Shown: positions 47,128 through 58,193, counted from the first letter of the stretch. The stretch is DNA of 64,000 nt from an uncultured Thermoanaerobaculia bacterium (GCA_951813015.1 CATOTG010000011.1:19843-83842); one strand, 5' to 3'. Made by a program: numbers and translations. Notes: generated by a model from the sequence alone, not told the origin.

Positions 47128-48219
47128 TTGCAAGTGAGTCTTGAGAGAGAAACGCGGTGCCTCGGAGCAGGCCCCTGCAGAGCGTATTCGGCGTCCGTTC
47201 TGGCCGTCGTCCTCTCCGTTCTGGCCGTAGGCGGCTGCGCCCGGGAAGGAACCGGCTACACCTTCGCCCTGGTGCCAAAGGCGATGAACAACCCCTTCTT
47301 CGACTTCGCCCGCGAGGGCTGCATGCAGGCGGCCGCGGACCTCGAGGATGTCGAGTGCCTGTACATCGGGCCCAGCGAACACACGGAGGCGGACCAGATT
47401 CAGGTGGTCGAGGACCTGATCACCCGCCGCGTGGACGGGATTGCCGTGTCGCCATCGAACGCGACCGCGATGGCGCGAGCGCTCGCGCGGGCAAACGAAG
47501 TCGGCATTCCCGTGATCACGTGGGATTCCGACCTGCTCGCCGAGGACGCCGGGTTGCGGACGACCTACATCGGCACGGAGAACCGGGCGATGGGGGTGGA
47601 GCAGGCGAAGCTGCTGCAGAAGCTGAAACCGGACGGGGGCACGATCTGCATTCAGTCGGGCGGCGCCGCGGCGATGAACCACAACGAGCGGATGCAGGGC
47701 TTTCGGGACACGCTCGCCGGCGCCGACTCCGGGGAGCCTCCCGGCGAGCGGCTCGAAGGCGCGAACGGATGGACGGAAGTCGCGGCCTGCCCGCTCTACA
47801 CGAACGACGATTTCCCTTTGGCCGTACAGCAGATGGCGGACATCCTGGCCTCGGCGCCGGACCTCGACGTGTTCTCGATCACCGGAGGATTCCCCCAGTT
47901 CGTCGACCAGGCCTACCGGCAGGCAGTTGAGCCGTATCGGGAACGAATCGAATCGAAGGACCTCGTGATCATCGGCGCCGACGTCCTGCCGATGCAGTTG
48001 GACCTCCTCGCCGAGGGCCTGAGCCACGGCCAGGTCGGGCAGCGGCCGTACGCGATGGGCTACCGGTCGATGGAGGTGCTGCTCCAGCTGGTCGCCGGCC
48101 AGAGCGTCGAGGACCCGATCTACACCGGCCTGGACGTGCTCACCGGCGCCGAGGATGTGGAGGCGTTCAGGTCGTCGTCGACACGACGGACAACGCCGGT
48201 TCCCGCGATCCGGAGATGA
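47128..48219 (+). CDS. sugar ABC transporter periplasmic substrate-binding protein (RbsB-like, PBP type I)
   Basis: Lipoprotein-like signal (LAVGGCA), then the YTFALVPKAMNNPFFD pattern typical of the family. Confidence 0.8.
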   Translation: MQVSLERETRCLGAGPCRAYSASVLAVVLSVLAVGGCAREGTGYTFALVPKAMNNPFFDFAREGCMQAAADLEDVECLYIGPSEHTEADQIQVVEDLITRRVDGIAVSPSNATAMARALARANEVGIPVITWDSDLLAEDAGLRTTYIGTENRAMGVEQAKLLQKLKPDGGTICIQSGGAAAMNHNERMQGFRDTLAGADSGEPPGERLEGANGWTEVAACPLYTNDDFPLAVQQMADILASAPDLDVFSITGGFPQFVDQAYRQAVEPYRERIESKDLVIIGADVLPMQLDLLAEGLSHGQVGQRPYAMGYRSMEVLLQLVAGQSVEDPIYTGLDVLTGAEDVEAFRSSSTRRTTPVPAIRR

Positions 48220-48263
48220 CAAAGGACCGCCTGAAGGCGATCCGCCGGGCCGAAGAGGACTGA

Positions 48264-49355
48264 GTGGCGGCCGCGGAACCGGCTTCGAGCCGAAGCCTTC
48301 CGGTGGCATCGCCCTCGCCGGCCCACGCGCTGAGTGTTCTGGACCAGTGTCCGATACGGGCCGGGATGACCGCGGCGGATGCGATCCGGGAGGCGGTCAA
48401 GTTGGCTCGGGAGGTCGACCGACTCGGCTACCGCCGTTACTGGCTGGCCGAACACCACAACTCGGAATCGCTCGCCTGTGCCGCTCCCGAGGCCCTGATC
48501 GGACAGGTCGCCGCCGCGACGAAGCGGATTCGGGTCGGTTCGGGCGGTGTGATGCTGAGTCACTACAGCGCGCTCAAGGTAGCGGAGGTCTTCAGGATGC
48601 TGGAGACCCTGTACCCCGGACGAATCGATCTCGGCATCGGTCGGGCGCCGGGCTCGGACCGCCTGACCGCCCGGATTCTCGCGCACGGCCCTGGCCGACT
48701 GGGTGTTCAGCACTACCCGGAGCAGGTCGCCGATCTGCTCGGGTACCTGGGCCGCGGCCACGAGGACGAGCGACTGAACGGCGTCCGCGCCATGCCCGAG
48801 GGCAACACGCAGCCAGACGTGTGGCTGCTCGGCTCCAGTCTCGGGTCGGCGCGTTTCGCTGCCTGGTTCGGCTGCCCCTACAGCTTCGCCCACTTCATTC
48901 AGCCACGCGACGCGGAAGCCGCGCTCGATCTTTACCGGAGTGAGTACCGGCCGTCCGAGCGTCATCCGGAACCTCAGGCAAGCGTCGGCGTGAGCGCGAT
49001 GGTGGCCGAGACGGAGGACGAGGCGCACCGGCAGTCGCTCAGCCGGTTCCTCTGGTGGATCCGGTTGACCCAGGGGCGTCCGGGGCCCTTCCCGAGCCTG
49101 GAGGAGGCTGAAGCCTGTGAGTTCACGAAGAGCGACCGGCGCGTGATGGAGAAGATGCGGGCCCGAAGTCTGATCGGATCGCCGGGCGCCGTCCGGGAGC
49201 GGGCTGAGGAATTGGCCGGGCGACTGGGTGTGGACGAGCTCGTCGTGCTGACGATCTGTCCCGGTTTCGAGGCCCGGGTGCGCTCGTACGAACTGCTGGC
49301 GGAGGCGGTTGGCATGACCGGCCTCCCGGTTGACATCGCGGCCCCTCAAGCCTGA
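48264..49355 (+). CDS. LLM-class (luciferase-like) flavin-dependent oxidoreductase
   Basis: LGYRRYWLAEHHNSESLACAAPEALIG...RIRVGSGGVMLSHYSALKVAE. The start is uncertain (GTG 48264 or a downstream GTG). Confidence 0.8.
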   Translation: MAAAEPASSRSLPVASPSPAHALSVLDQCPIRAGMTAADAIREAVKLAREVDRLGYRRYWLAEHHNSESLACAAPEALIGQVAAATKRIRVGSGGVMLSHYSALKVAEVFRMLETLYPGRIDLGIGRAPGSDRLTARILAHGPGRLGVQHYPEQVADLLGYLGRGHEDERLNGVRAMPEGNTQPDVWLLGSSLGSARFAAWFGCPYSFAHFIQPRDAEAALDLYRSEYRPSERHPEPQASVGVSAMVAETEDEAHRQSLSRFLWWIRLTQGRPGPFPSLEEAEACEFTKSDRRVMEKMRARSLIGSPGAVRERAEELAGRLGVDELVVLTICPGFEARVRSYELLAEAVGMTGLPVDIAAPQA

Positions 49356-49454
49356 GGATGGATCGAGCCAGGAGATGACGACGCCGTTGCATCTCGCGCT
49401 GATCAGCATCGCGCATGAACGGACCCGCGCGGTCCCGACTCCGGAGACAAGGAC

Positions 49455-50990
49455 ATGACTCTCGCAGACAGACGGATCGAGGCCGCCCCGGCGGCAGAGG
49501 AGTTGGCGCACAGCCCGGCTTCGGACCTGTTTCGGGCGGCGAGCGGCCTGGACCACCGGGTCGCCGACCTGTCCCTCGCCGACGCCGGTCGGCGGCAGAT
49601 CGAACTTGCCCAACACGAGATGCCGGGGCTGATGGAGCTTCGCCGCCGCTATCGACCGGAACAGCCGCTCGCCGGAGCGCGGATTACCGGCAGCCTGCAC
49701 ATGACGGTGCAGACGGCCGTGCTGATCGAGACTCTGGTCGACCTCGGCGCCGAGGTGCGCTGGGCTTCCTGCAACATCTTTTCGACCCAGGACGAGGCGG
49801 CCGCGGCGGTCGTGGTCGGCAGGCCCGAGCGGGGCGGTACCGCGGCGGACCCCAAGGGCGTATCCGTCTTCGCCTGGAAGGGCGAGACGCTGCCGGAGTA
49901 CTGGTGGTGCACGCTGCGTGCACTGGACTGGCCGAACGAGGGTGGCCCGACCTTGATCGTCGACGATGGCGGCGACGCCACGCTACTCATCCACCGGGGC
50001 GTCGAGTACGAGCGAAGCGGGGTCGTGCCGGACTTCGATGCCGACACTGAACCGGAGGAATGGGGCGTCATCCTGGAGCTGATCCGTCGCGTCCGAACCT
50101 GGGACGAGCAGTACTTCACGCGGCTGGCCGAGGGTCTCCGGGGGATCAGCGAAGAGACGACGACCGGAGTCCTCCGCCTGTACGAACTGCAGGACGACGG
50201 CGCGCTGCTCTGCCCGGCGATCAACGTCAACGACTCGGTGACCAAGTCCAAGTTCGACAACGTGTACGGCTGCCGGCACTCCCTGATCGACGGCCTCAAC
50301 CGGGCGACGGACCTGATGATCGGCGGCAAGTCGGCGGTCGTCTGCGGCTACGGCGAAGTCGGCAAGGGATGCACACAGTCTCTTCGCGGTCAGGGCTGCC
50401 GCGTGATCGTCACCGAAATCGATCCGATCTGCGCGCTGCAGGCCGCGATGGAGGGCTACCAGGTGGCGCGCCTCGAAGACGTCGTGGAGACCGCCGACAT
50501 CTTCGTCACCTGCACCGGCAACAAATCGGTGATCACGGCGGAACTCATGAGCCGGATGAAGGACAAGGCCGTGGTCGGCAACATCGGCCATTTCGACAAC
50601 GAAATCGACATTGCCGGACTGAAGCGAATCCCTGGAATCCGCACCCGCAAGATCAAGGACCAGGTCGATGAGTGGATCTTCCCGGACGGCCGCAGCCTGT
50701 TGATGCTCGCCGAGGGGCGCCTGCTGAACCTCGGTTGCGCCACCGGACACCCGAGTTTCGTCATGTCGACCTCGTTCGCCAATCAGGTACTCGCCCAGAT
50801 CGATCTGCACCGGGGCGACGAGGACAGGGAGCGGGTCGTGTCGCTGCTGCCGCGGCGTCTCGACGAGGAGGTGGCCCGTCTTCATCTCGACCACCTCGAC
50901 GTTGGCCTGACCGAGTTGACCGAGGAGCAGGCCGAGTACATCGGGGTAGAGAAGGGCGGCCCCTACAAGCGGCACGACTATCGCTATTGA
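49455..50990 (+). CDS. ahcY: adenosylhomocysteinase
   Basis: Strongly conserved SAHH sequence (EMPGLM...[18 protein letters not shown]...[20 protein letters not shown]...GHFDNEID...[21 protein letters not shown]). Confidence 0.95.
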   Translation: MTLADRRIEAAPAAEELAHSPASDLFRAASGLDHRVADLSLADAGRRQIELAQHEMPGLMELRRRYRPEQPLAGARITGSLHMTVQTAVLIETLVDLGAEVRWASCNIFSTQDEAAAAVVVGRPERGGTAADPKGVSVFAWKGETLPEYWWCTLRALDWPNEGGPTLIVDDGGDATLLIHRGVEYERSGVVPDFDADTEPEEWGVILELIRRVRTWDEQYFTRLAEGLRGISEETTTGVLRLYELQDDGALLCPAINVNDSVTKSKFDNVYGCRHSLIDGLNRATDLMIGGKSAVVCGYGEVGKGCTQSLRGQGCRVIVTEIDPICALQAAMEGYQVARLEDVVETADIFVTCTGNKSVITAELMSRMKDKAVVGNIGHFDNEIDIAGLKRIPGIRTRKIKDQVDEWIFPDGRSLLMLAEGRLLNLGCATGHPSFVMSTSFANQVLAQIDLHRGDEDRERVVSLLPRRLDEEVARLHLDHLDVGLTELTEEQAEYIGVEKGGPYKRHDYRY

Positions 50991-51112
50991 CCGTTTCCAG
51001 TGCTTGCCGGGTCCGGCCCGGCTTCCCGGCCTGCGCCCACCACACCGAAGAGCGAGCGGGGGCGTCGCGGAGTGCTGCACAAGTCGTTGTTTCTCAGTAA
51101 GATACGGGCCTC

Positions 51113-52909
51113 ATGATGAAAACTCGCAGTAGCTCTCCCTGGATTCCTGCGCTTGCTTGCAGCGCCCTCCTGACACTCGCGGCGTTCGGGGCCCAGGCCC
51201 AGGAGCGCTACCACCCGGCGATCGATCCGGACGTGTTCCCCGTGCCGGAAAGCCTGGAGCCGGCGGTGGAGTTCTGGAAGAAGGTCTTCGTCACCTACAC
51301 CAGCGACCAGGTCGTCCTCCACGACGAGAGACACCTGGACGTCATCTACAGCGTGGTCGACATGAGCGACCTGCGCACGCTGGGCAACTCGGAGTTGCAG
51401 ATCGACCGGGCCCGGATCAAACGGGTCCGCGCCGAGATGAGCCGCGTCTCCAAGGCTCTGCGGGATCTTGCGGCGGGCCGGCCGGTGACGAACCTGCCTG
51501 CGGACCTCCGGGCCATACCCACCCGGATGGAGCACGTGGCGGGTGGCAGGTCCCGGTACCGGCGCGCCGCGGGGATGATTCGGTCCCAGCGGGGACTGCG
51601 AAACCGTTTCGAGGAGGCGATCGAGATTTCCGGGATGTTCATGCCCGGTATCGAAAGAACGCTCTCGGAGTACGGTCTGCCGCTGGAGATCCGCTGCCTG
51701 CCGTTCGTGGAATCCATGTTCAACTACCGGGCACGCTCGAAGGTCGGAGCTTCAGGCGCATGGCAGTTCACCGCCTCGACCGGCCGCGCCTTTCTGCAGA
51801 TGGACGAGGCGGTCGACGCACGCTCGGACGTGCTGCTGGCTGCTGCCGGCGCGGCCCGCAAGCTGCGACGGGACTACGAATCTCTCGAAGCCTGGCCGCT
51901 GGCCCTGACCGCGTACAACCACGGCGCCGGCGGCATGGCGCGGGCCGTGCGCCGCTTGGGCACCAGGGATATCGCCGTCGTGGTGGAGAAGTACAAGTCG
52001 CGCACGTTCGGTTTCGCGTCGCGCAACTTCTACGCCGAGTTCATCGCCGCGGTCATCGCGTACGTCGAGCGCGAGAGTCACTTTCCGAACGTCGAACCGT
52101 TCCCCGAGCTCCGCTTCGATGTCGCCCTTCGGGATCGCTACGTGGCCCTGACCGATCTGGCAACGGCGACCGGCGTGGAGATGGACCGGCTCGCGGAACT
52201 CAATCCCGCACTGGACCGGACCGTCCTCGCGGGCTCACTCCTCGTGCCGCCGCGCTACCCGCTCCGCGTGCCGCATGGGTTGGGCGCGCAGTTCGAGCGG
52301 GCGTACGCCGCCCTGCCGCCGGATCGCAAACCGGACCGCCAGGCCGCATTCGGTTACCGGGTGCGGCGGGGCGACACCCTGGGCGGCATCGCGCGCCGCT
52401 TCGGCTCCAGCGTTGCCGAGATCCAGCGCGCGAACCGACTGCCGAGGGCGGACCGCATCTACATCGGCCAGCGGCTTCGTATCCCGCAACGCGGAGCGGG
52501 CCGCTCCGCGCCGGCGCCGGTGCAGAGAGCCGCACTCGAGGCGCCCGGGGCGACGGGACCGGCATCCTCCGGCCCCGAGGTGGCGAGCAGCGTCGGGCAG
52601 ACGAACAAGGAGACGGTTCACGTGGTCAGGAAGGGTGAATCCCTGCACCGCATCGCCGAAAAGTACGGCACTTCGGTCCAGGGGCTGACGACGGCGAACA
52701 ACCTGCGACGGCCCGATCTGATCCATGCCGGACAGCGCCTGGTGATTCCGGCGGACGGCAAGGAAGTCCTGTACCGCGTGCGGCAGGGCGACACGCTGAG
52801 TCAGTTGGCGCGCACCTTCCGGACCTCGGCATCCCGGATCCGCCAGGTGAACGGACTGCGCGGCAATCTGATCGTCGTCGGACAGACGCTCCGCATTCCA
52901 GCGGGATGA
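51113..52909 (+). CDS. lytic transglycosylase (SLT domain) with three LysM domains (MltD-like)
   Basis: SLT catalytic region (VESMFNYRARSKVGASGAWQF). Three LysM repeats (YRVRRGDTLGGIARRF.., HVVRKGESLHRIAEKY.., YRVRQGDTLSQLARTF..). Confidence 0.85.
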   Translation: MMKTRSSSPWIPALACSALLTLAAFGAQAQERYHPAIDPDVFPVPESLEPAVEFWKKVFVTYTSDQVVLHDERHLDVIYSVVDMSDLRTLGNSELQIDRARIKRVRAEMSRVSKALRDLAAGRPVTNLPADLRAIPTRMEHVAGGRSRYRRAAGMIRSQRGLRNRFEEAIEISGMFMPGIERTLSEYGLPLEIRCLPFVESMFNYRARSKVGASGAWQFTASTGRAFLQMDEAVDARSDVLLAAAGAARKLRRDYESLEAWPLALTAYNHGAGGMARAVRRLGTRDIAVVVEKYKSRTFGFASRNFYAEFIAAVIAYVERESHFPNVEPFPELRFDVALRDRYVALTDLATATGVEMDRLAELNPALDRTVLAGSLLVPPRYPLRVPHGLGAQFERAYAALPPDRKPDRQAAFGYRVRRGDTLGGIARRFGSSVAEIQRANRLPRADRIYIGQRLRIPQRGAGRSAPAPVQRAALEAPGATGPASSGPEVASSVGQTNKETVHVVRKGESLHRIAEKYGTSVQGLTTANNLRRPDLIHAGQRLVIPADGKEVLYRVRQGDTLSQLARTFRTSASRIRQVNGLRGNLIVVGQTLRIPAG

Positions 52910-54642
52910 CCTTGCCGCCGGAGCGCTCGAAACGTGCCGCGTCACTGGCGGCGGTCGCCGCATTCGTTTTGGTCGGCTGCGGCGACGAAATGCAGCCGAC
53001 CGCGGATCTCGTTCTGGCGGGAGGTCGGCTGGTCACCCTGAGCGAAGACGAGGAACGGGCGCCCGCCGAAGCGGAAGCGCTGGCCGCGGTTAACGGCCGC
53101 GTCGTGTTCGTCGGTTCCGACGAAGAGGTCAGCCGCTGGATCGGCCCTGACACGGAAGTGCTCGACCTGGAGGGGCGTCTGGCCGTTCCGGGTTTCATCG
53201 AAGGGCACGGCCACTTCTGGGGCCTCGGCGAATCGAAGCTCCAGTTGAGCCTCGAGTCCGCGTCATCCTGGGACGAGATCGTCGCGCAGGTTGCCGCGGC
53301 GGTCGAGGAGACCGAACCGGGAACCTGGATCCTGGGCCGGGGTTGGCATCAGTCGAAGTGGTCGGCGCCGCCCGTTCCGGGCGTGCAGGGACTCCCGGTT
53401 CATGCTGACCTGAGCGCGGCGTCGCCTCGACATCCCGTACTCCTGACGCACGCGAGCGGTCACATGGCCTTCGCCAATGCCCGCGCGATGGCGCTCGCCG
53501 GCATAGACGGGGCGACTCCCGACCCGGAGGGGGGCGAGATCGTGCGCGACGCGAACGGGCAACCGACCGGGGCGCTCAGGGAAACGGCGGAGAACCTCGT
53601 CGCGGGGCTCCGCAGCGAGACCCTGGAGTGGAACCACGTTCGGCGCGTCGTCGGCATCGCGGCCGAAGAGTCTTTCGCCAAGGGCATCACGAGCTTTCAG
53701 GATGCCGGTTCGAGCTTCGAACTGATCGACGCCTATCGACAGATGGCGGACGAAGGGTCCCTTCCGCTGCGTCTGTGGGTCATGGTGGGCGAGGGAAACG
53801 AATCCCTGGCGGAGTCCCTGAGCCGCTACCGGATGATCGACCGCGGAGACGGCTTCCTCACCGTTCGCGCGATCAAACGTTCGATCGACGGCGCCCTGGG
53901 ATCCCACGGCGCCTGGCTGCTGGAGCCCTATGAGGACATGCCGGAGTCCAGCGGCTTGAACACGACAAGTCTCGAGGTGATGAAGGAGACGGCCCGGCTG
54001 GCGCTGGAGCACGACTTCCAACTGTGCGTTCACGCGATCGGCGACCGGGCGAATCGCGAAACGCTCGACCTCTTCGAGCAGGCTCTTGCCGGCGACCGGG
54101 ACCGCCGCTGGCGCGTCGAACACGCCCAGCACCTGCACCCGGACGACATTCCGCGCTTTGCCGGCCTGGGCGTGATCGCCTCGATGCAGGCGGTCCATTG
54201 CACATCGGATGGACCCTGGGTACCGGATCGGCTCGGAGAAGGACGAACGGCGGAGGGCGCCTACGTCTGGCGGAAACTCATCGACTCGGGTGCCGTCGTG
54301 ACGAACGGCACGGATGCTCCGGTCGAGGACGTCGATCCGATCGCGTCCTTTCATGCCGCGGTCAGCCGGCGCCTCAAGGACGGCGAAGTGTTCGGGGCGG
54401 ATCAGCGAATGACTCGAGAGGAAGCGCTGCGTTCCTACACGATCGACGCCGCCTACTCGGCCTTCGAGGAGAATCAGAAGGGCAGTCTGGAAGTCGGCAA
54501 GTTCGCCGACGTAACCGTCCTCTCCCGCGACATCATGACGGTGCGCGAGGAGGAGATTCCCGGTACCGAGGTCGTCTATACGATCGTGGGCGGCCGAGTT
54601 GCCTATCGCCATCCCTCGGCATCCGGTCCAGGCGACGGGTGA
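52906..54642 (+). CDS. amidohydrolase-family metallo-hydrolase (YtcJ-like)
   Basis: PGFIEGHGHF metal-binding motif, HAIGDRA and HAQH motifs. A lipoprotein-like N-terminus (LVGCG). The ATG overlaps the upstream stop. Confidence 0.8.
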   Translation: MTLPPERSKRAASLAAVAAFVLVGCGDEMQPTADLVLAGGRLVTLSEDEERAPAEAEALAAVNGRVVFVGSDEEVSRWIGPDTEVLDLEGRLAVPGFIEGHGHFWGLGESKLQLSLESASSWDEIVAQVAAAVEETEPGTWILGRGWHQSKWSAPPVPGVQGLPVHADLSAASPRHPVLLTHASGHMAFANARAMALAGIDGATPDPEGGEIVRDANGQPTGALRETAENLVAGLRSETLEWNHVRRVVGIAAEESFAKGITSFQDAGSSFELIDAYRQMADEGSLPLRLWVMVGEGNESLAESLSRYRMIDRGDGFLTVRAIKRSIDGALGSHGAWLLEPYEDMPESSGLNTTSLEVMKETARLALEHDFQLCVHAIGDRANRETLDLFEQALAGDRDRRWRVEHAQHLHPDDIPRFAGLGVIASMQAVHCTSDGPWVPDRLGEGRTAEGAYVWRKLIDSGAVVTNGTDAPVEDVDPIASFHAAVSRRLKDGEVFGADQRMTREEALRSYTIDAAYSAFEENQKGSLEVGKFADVTVLSRDIMTVREEEIPGTEVVYTIVGGRVAYRHPSASGPGDG

Positions 54643-54668
54643 GGCCCCGGAGGGCTGGCTCGGGTGGA

Positions 54669-55199
54669 GTGAAGTTGTTGGGCGGCCAGTGGCGGGGCCG
54701 CCGTCTGGAGACGCCGGCGGGCATTCGCCCCACCCAGGCGCGCGTTCGTGAAGCGCTGTTCTCGCACTGGGGCGATCGGATCGAGCGCTGCCGTTTCCTG
54801 GAGCTCTACGCGGGTTCCGGCGCCGTCTCGCTGGAGGCGCTGTCTCGCGGCGCCTGCTCCTCCCTGGCCGTCGACCGGGATCGCCGGGCCCTGGACTGCA
54901 TCGAGGTGAACCGGGATCGCCTGGGCGCCGGCGGCCTGCGCCTTGCCGCGGCCGAACTTCCGGAGCGCCTGGCCCGGGCTGCGGCCGGCGAAGCCGCCTT
55001 CGACCTCGCCTTTGTCGATCCACCTTACGCCGCGGACGGACTCGAGCAACTCCTGGCCGCGGTCGCCGCGTTGATGACGGCCGGCGGACAGATCGTCCTG
55101 GAGCATTCGAGCCGGCGGCGACCACCCGAGGGTGCGGGTCGGCTGTCGCTGAACGGAACGCGGCGCTACGGCGACACTGCGCTCGCCTTCTACGAGTGA
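54669..55199 (+). CDS. rsmD: 16S rRNA (guanine966-N2)-methyltransferase
   Basis: GGQWRGRRLETPAGIRPTQARVREALFS..., LELYAGSGAVSLEALSRGA and FVDPPY. The long ORF from 54024 overlaps the amidohydrolase and is not used. Confidence 0.85.
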   Translation: MKLLGGQWRGRRLETPAGIRPTQARVREALFSHWGDRIERCRFLELYAGSGAVSLEALSRGACSSLAVDRDRRALDCIEVNRDRLGAGGLRLAAAELPERLARAAAGEAAFDLAFVDPPYAADGLEQLLAAVAALMTAGGQIVLEHSSRRRPPEGAGRLSLNGTRRYGDTALAFYE

Positions 55200-55276
55200 C
55201 GCCCAGGCGGTGCGATCCGCGCCGACCGGGAACGACTCCGGGCGCGGGTCATCGGACGCATCGATCAGTACCCGGA

Positions 55277-55363
55277 TGGTGCGAAAGGGGGGACTCGAAC
55301 CCCCACGGTATTGCTACCACAAGAACCTGAATCTTGCGCGTCTACCAATTCCGCCACTTTCGC
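55277..55363 (-). tRNA. tRNA-Leu (anticodon CAG), class II with long variable arm
   Basis: The reverse complement folds as GCGAAAG/CTTTCGC acceptor, anticodon stem CAAGA/TCTTG with loop TTCAGGT, T-arm GGGGG-TTCGAGT-CCCCC, and an encoded CCA. Confidence 0.9.
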
Positions 55364-55472
55364 AACGGCCCGGGCGCCGTCGCTCTCGCGACCGCCAAAC
55401 AGGCCGAGACGGGATTGTATCCGCAAATTCGTCCTGCCGGCGGAGGGCCTGCTAGCTGCTAGGCTCGCTGGC

Positions 55473-55997
55473 ATGAGCAGATCACCTCACCGCCGTGCTC
55501 TGGCTGGCGGCACTGCGGGCGCGGCGCTCCGATCGCTGCTCGCCATCTCCTGTGTCGCAGGCCTGGCCGCCTGCGGCGAGACCGGGCCGGACGGAGCGAG
55601 CGAAGAGGATCGGCTGGCAATCGAGGCGGTTCTCACGGACTACCTGCCGAAGCTGGGCGCCGCCTACGCGAAGGGAGAGTTCGAGGCCCTGGCCTCCGGG
55701 GCCGTTCCGAAGGAGGTCGAGACGGTCCGAAGGCGCGTCAACGAGTTGGAGACGGGAGAGAGCCGCACCCTGCGCCCAACCCTCCAGAGTTTCGAGATCG
55801 AGCGGGTCGACGTCTGGCGCTACTCCAACGCGGCAGTCACCACTCTCGAGGTGTGGGACATCCAGTCCCTGGCCAGCGGCACCGAGCAAGTCCTCTCATC
55901 GGCTACCGATCGTTACCGGGTGCGTTACCAGTTCAAGCGGCGCGACGAGGGCTGGAAGGTGATCGACCGCCGGATCGAGTATCAGTTCGAGTCCTGA
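55473..55997 (+). CDS. hypothetical lipoprotein
   Basis: Lipobox (LAACG) after a signal sequence. No domain recognised. Confidence 0.55.
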   Translation: MSRSPHRRALAGGTAGAALRSLLAISCVAGLAACGETGPDGASEEDRLAIEAVLTDYLPKLGAAYAKGEFEALASGAVPKEVETVRRRVNELETGESRTLRPTLQSFEIERVDVWRYSNAAVTTLEVWDIQSLASGTEQVLSSATDRYRVRYQFKRRDEGWKVIDRRIEYQFES

Positions 55998-56001
55998 TTT
56001 C

Positions 56002-57324
56002 GTGCCAGCCGCGGTCGCTATCGTCGGTCGCCCCAACGTCGGCAAGTCGACCCTCTTCAACCGGTTGATCGGTCGCCGGCAGGCGATCGTCCACGGAACG
56101 CCAGGCGTGACCCGGGACCGGCTGGTCGGCCGCTTCGAACTGGAGGGGCGTGGCGTCGTCGAGTTGATCGACACCGGGGGACTCGTGCCGGGTGACGACC
56201 CTCTGGGATTGAACGCCCAGGTCGAGTTCGCGATCGAAGAGAGTGACGCGTTGTTGTTCGTCGTCGACGGAAGGGAGGGATTGGCCGCGGGCGACGAGCA
56301 GGTCATGGACCGCCTGCGCAGCCATGGCCTGCCGATCGTCGTCGCGGTCAACAAGGCGGACACCAAGGCCGCCCGGGAGGGTTACCAGGAGTTCTACGCT
56401 CTGGGCGCCGAGGGACTCGTCCTCGTGTCCGCGGAACACGGGGCCGGTCTCCAAGACCTGCACGAAGAGCTGGCCGCCCATCTCCCCGCCGCGGGGCCTG
56501 CATTCGAGCCCGAGGCATCCGGTGTCGCGGTTGTCGGTCGGCCGAACGTCGGCAAGTCCTCGGTGATCAACCGGCTGCTGGGAAGCGAGCGGACGCTCGT
56601 GTCGCCCACCGCCGGCACGACAAGGGATCCGATCGACAGCCTCCTGCAGCGCGCGGACGGACCGGACTATCTGCTCGTCGACACGGCCGGCATCCGGCGC
56701 CGTTCTCAAGTCCAGGACGCCCCGGAAGAACTCGCGGTAATGCTCGCCCGGAGACAGATCGAGCGGGCGGAACTGGTCGTCCTCGTGGTCGACGCGAGCC
56801 AGGGGATCACGGCCGGTGATCTGGCCATTGCCGATGCCGCCTGGCAGGCGGGACGCCCGGCCCTCATCGCTTGCAACAAGTGGGATCTCCTGGATGCGGA
56901 CGGTCGGGAGCGGCTCGAAGCGGGTTGGGAACGCCTGGCCGAGGTCTTCGCCAAGCCCTCTCGGGTCAACGTCTCCGCCCTGACGGGACGCGGCATGGGC
57001 GGCATTCTCCCTGCTCTCGACCGGGTCCGGGAGCAGCACCGGCTGCGGGTGAGTACGTCCGAACTCAACCGCGTGATTCACCGGATCGTGGCCCGCCACC
57101 AGCCGCCCGCGGAGCGGGGCCGACCGTGGAGGTTTTTCTACGCAGCCCAGGTACGGGGAACGCCGCCGACGTTTCTTCTGTTCGCGAACCGGCGCTTGAA
57201 GCGAGGACACACATACCGCAAGTACCTCGAGAACCAGCTTCGAAGAGCGTTCGATCTCCCGGGAGTTCCGCTGCGCCTCGTCGTCAGGGAACGACGCGGA
57301 GAAACCGAGCCGACGACCGCCTGA
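56002..57324 (+). CDS. der: ribosome-biogenesis GTPase Der (EngA), two GTPase domains + KH-like domain
   Basis: Two G1 motifs (GRPNVGKST and GRPNVGKSS), DTGG/DTAG, NKAD/NKWD. Confidence 0.95.
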   Translation: MPAAVAIVGRPNVGKSTLFNRLIGRRQAIVHGTPGVTRDRLVGRFELEGRGVVELIDTGGLVPGDDPLGLNAQVEFAIEESDALLFVVDGREGLAAGDEQVMDRLRSHGLPIVVAVNKADTKAAREGYQEFYALGAEGLVLVSAEHGAGLQDLHEELAAHLPAAGPAFEPEASGVAVVGRPNVGKSSVINRLLGSERTLVSPTAGTTRDPIDSLLQRADGPDYLLVDTAGIRRRSQVQDAPEELAVMLARRQIERAELVVLVVDASQGITAGDLAIADAAWQAGRPALIACNKWDLLDADGRERLEAGWERLAEVFAKPSRVNVSALTGRGMGGILPALDRVREQHRLRVSTSELNRVIHRIVARHQPPAERGRPWRFFYAAQVRGTPPTFLLFANRRLKRGHTYRKYLENQLRRAFDLPGVPLRLVVRERRGETEPTTA

Positions 57325-57566
57325 GCTGCTGGCGGCAGGGCCGTTCCAAAGTCGGGAACTTCGGTGACCGATGCGAGGAAACAACTCCGGAATCGGCAAC
57401 TCGGCGGCGACACGGCTCTCGACCCTCGGGAATGAAGGCCTCCCGCCCGCGCCCGGCGTATAGCGCTGGACTTTGGAATGGTCCTGGGTGCTGGCGGAAG
57501 CAGAAAAGCCGGTGGTTCAGGGTTTCGTATAGTCTTCATTTCGTTTCCCCGACTTCAGCAGACCGG

Positions 57567-58193
57567 GTGGCCAACGTACCTGGTTGGGCCCGGAAGCTGC
57601 CTGCGGACCAGGCGGGAGATCAGGTCATTCCCTCCAAGCAGCAGTACAAGATCGCCGACGTATGCAGGGTGCTGGACCTCCAGCCCTACGTCCTGCGGTA
57701 TTGGCAAACGGAGTTTCCGGCCCTGGCATCGAAGAAGGGAGCGGGCGGCCGTCGGAACTACGACGCCGAGGATCTGGAGACCATTCGCCGGATCAAGGAA
57801 CTCCTGTACGACGAGGGTTTCACCATTGCCAGCGCGAAGAAGAAGCTCGTCGCCGAACTCGAGGAAGGCGGCGTCCGCGGGCAGCCCCTGGTCGTGACCG
57901 AGGAGCCCGCCAGTGAGGTCGAGAGCGAGAACGAGCTGTCTCCGGAGAACGGGTTGCCGCCGGAAGAAGGGCAGGGCGACGATTCGGAGACGGAAGCGGT
58001 GGGTATGGAGGCGGCGGCGACGGTGGACGCGCTCGATCGTCCGGCCGATGGCGCGGACGCCTCCGGTGCAGGCGAACTCGGCGCCTTGACTCGACGGGTC
58101 GAGAGGCTCGAGGGCGGGGTGGCGGCGCTCGTCTCGCAGGCGCGCCAGCTTGCGGCGGAACTCAAGCCGGAGGCAGGCGTCGAGGACGACTGA
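57567..58193 (+). CDS. MerR-family transcriptional regulator with acidic C-terminal tail
   Basis: HTH (YKIADVCRVLDLQPYVLRYWQTEFP...RRNYDAEDLETIRRIKELLYDEGFTIASAKKKL). The start is approximate (GTG 57567), since the ORF is open from inside der. Confidence 0.75.
   Translation: MANVPGWARKLPADQAGDQVIPSKQQYKIADVCRVLDLQPYVLRYWQTEFPALASKKGAGGRRNYDAEDLETIRRIKELLYDEGFTIASAKKKLVAELEEGGVRGQPLVVTEEPASEVESENELSPENGLPPEEGQGDDSETEAVGMEAAATVDALDRPADGADASGAGELGALTRRVERLEGGVAALVSQARQLAAELKPEAGVEDD

Noticed and set aside
54024-54668. Long N-terminal extension of the rsmD ORF
   Set aside because: It overlaps the amidohydrolase gene in another frame and has shadow-ORF composition. RsmD homology begins at GTG 54669.
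57325-57566. Possible SRP or other small RNA between der and the MerR gene (ggaagcag.. resemblance to the SRP domain IV motif)
   Set aside because: The conserved GGAAGCAGCC context and the flanking helices are not present. It is most likely just the MerR promoter and leader.
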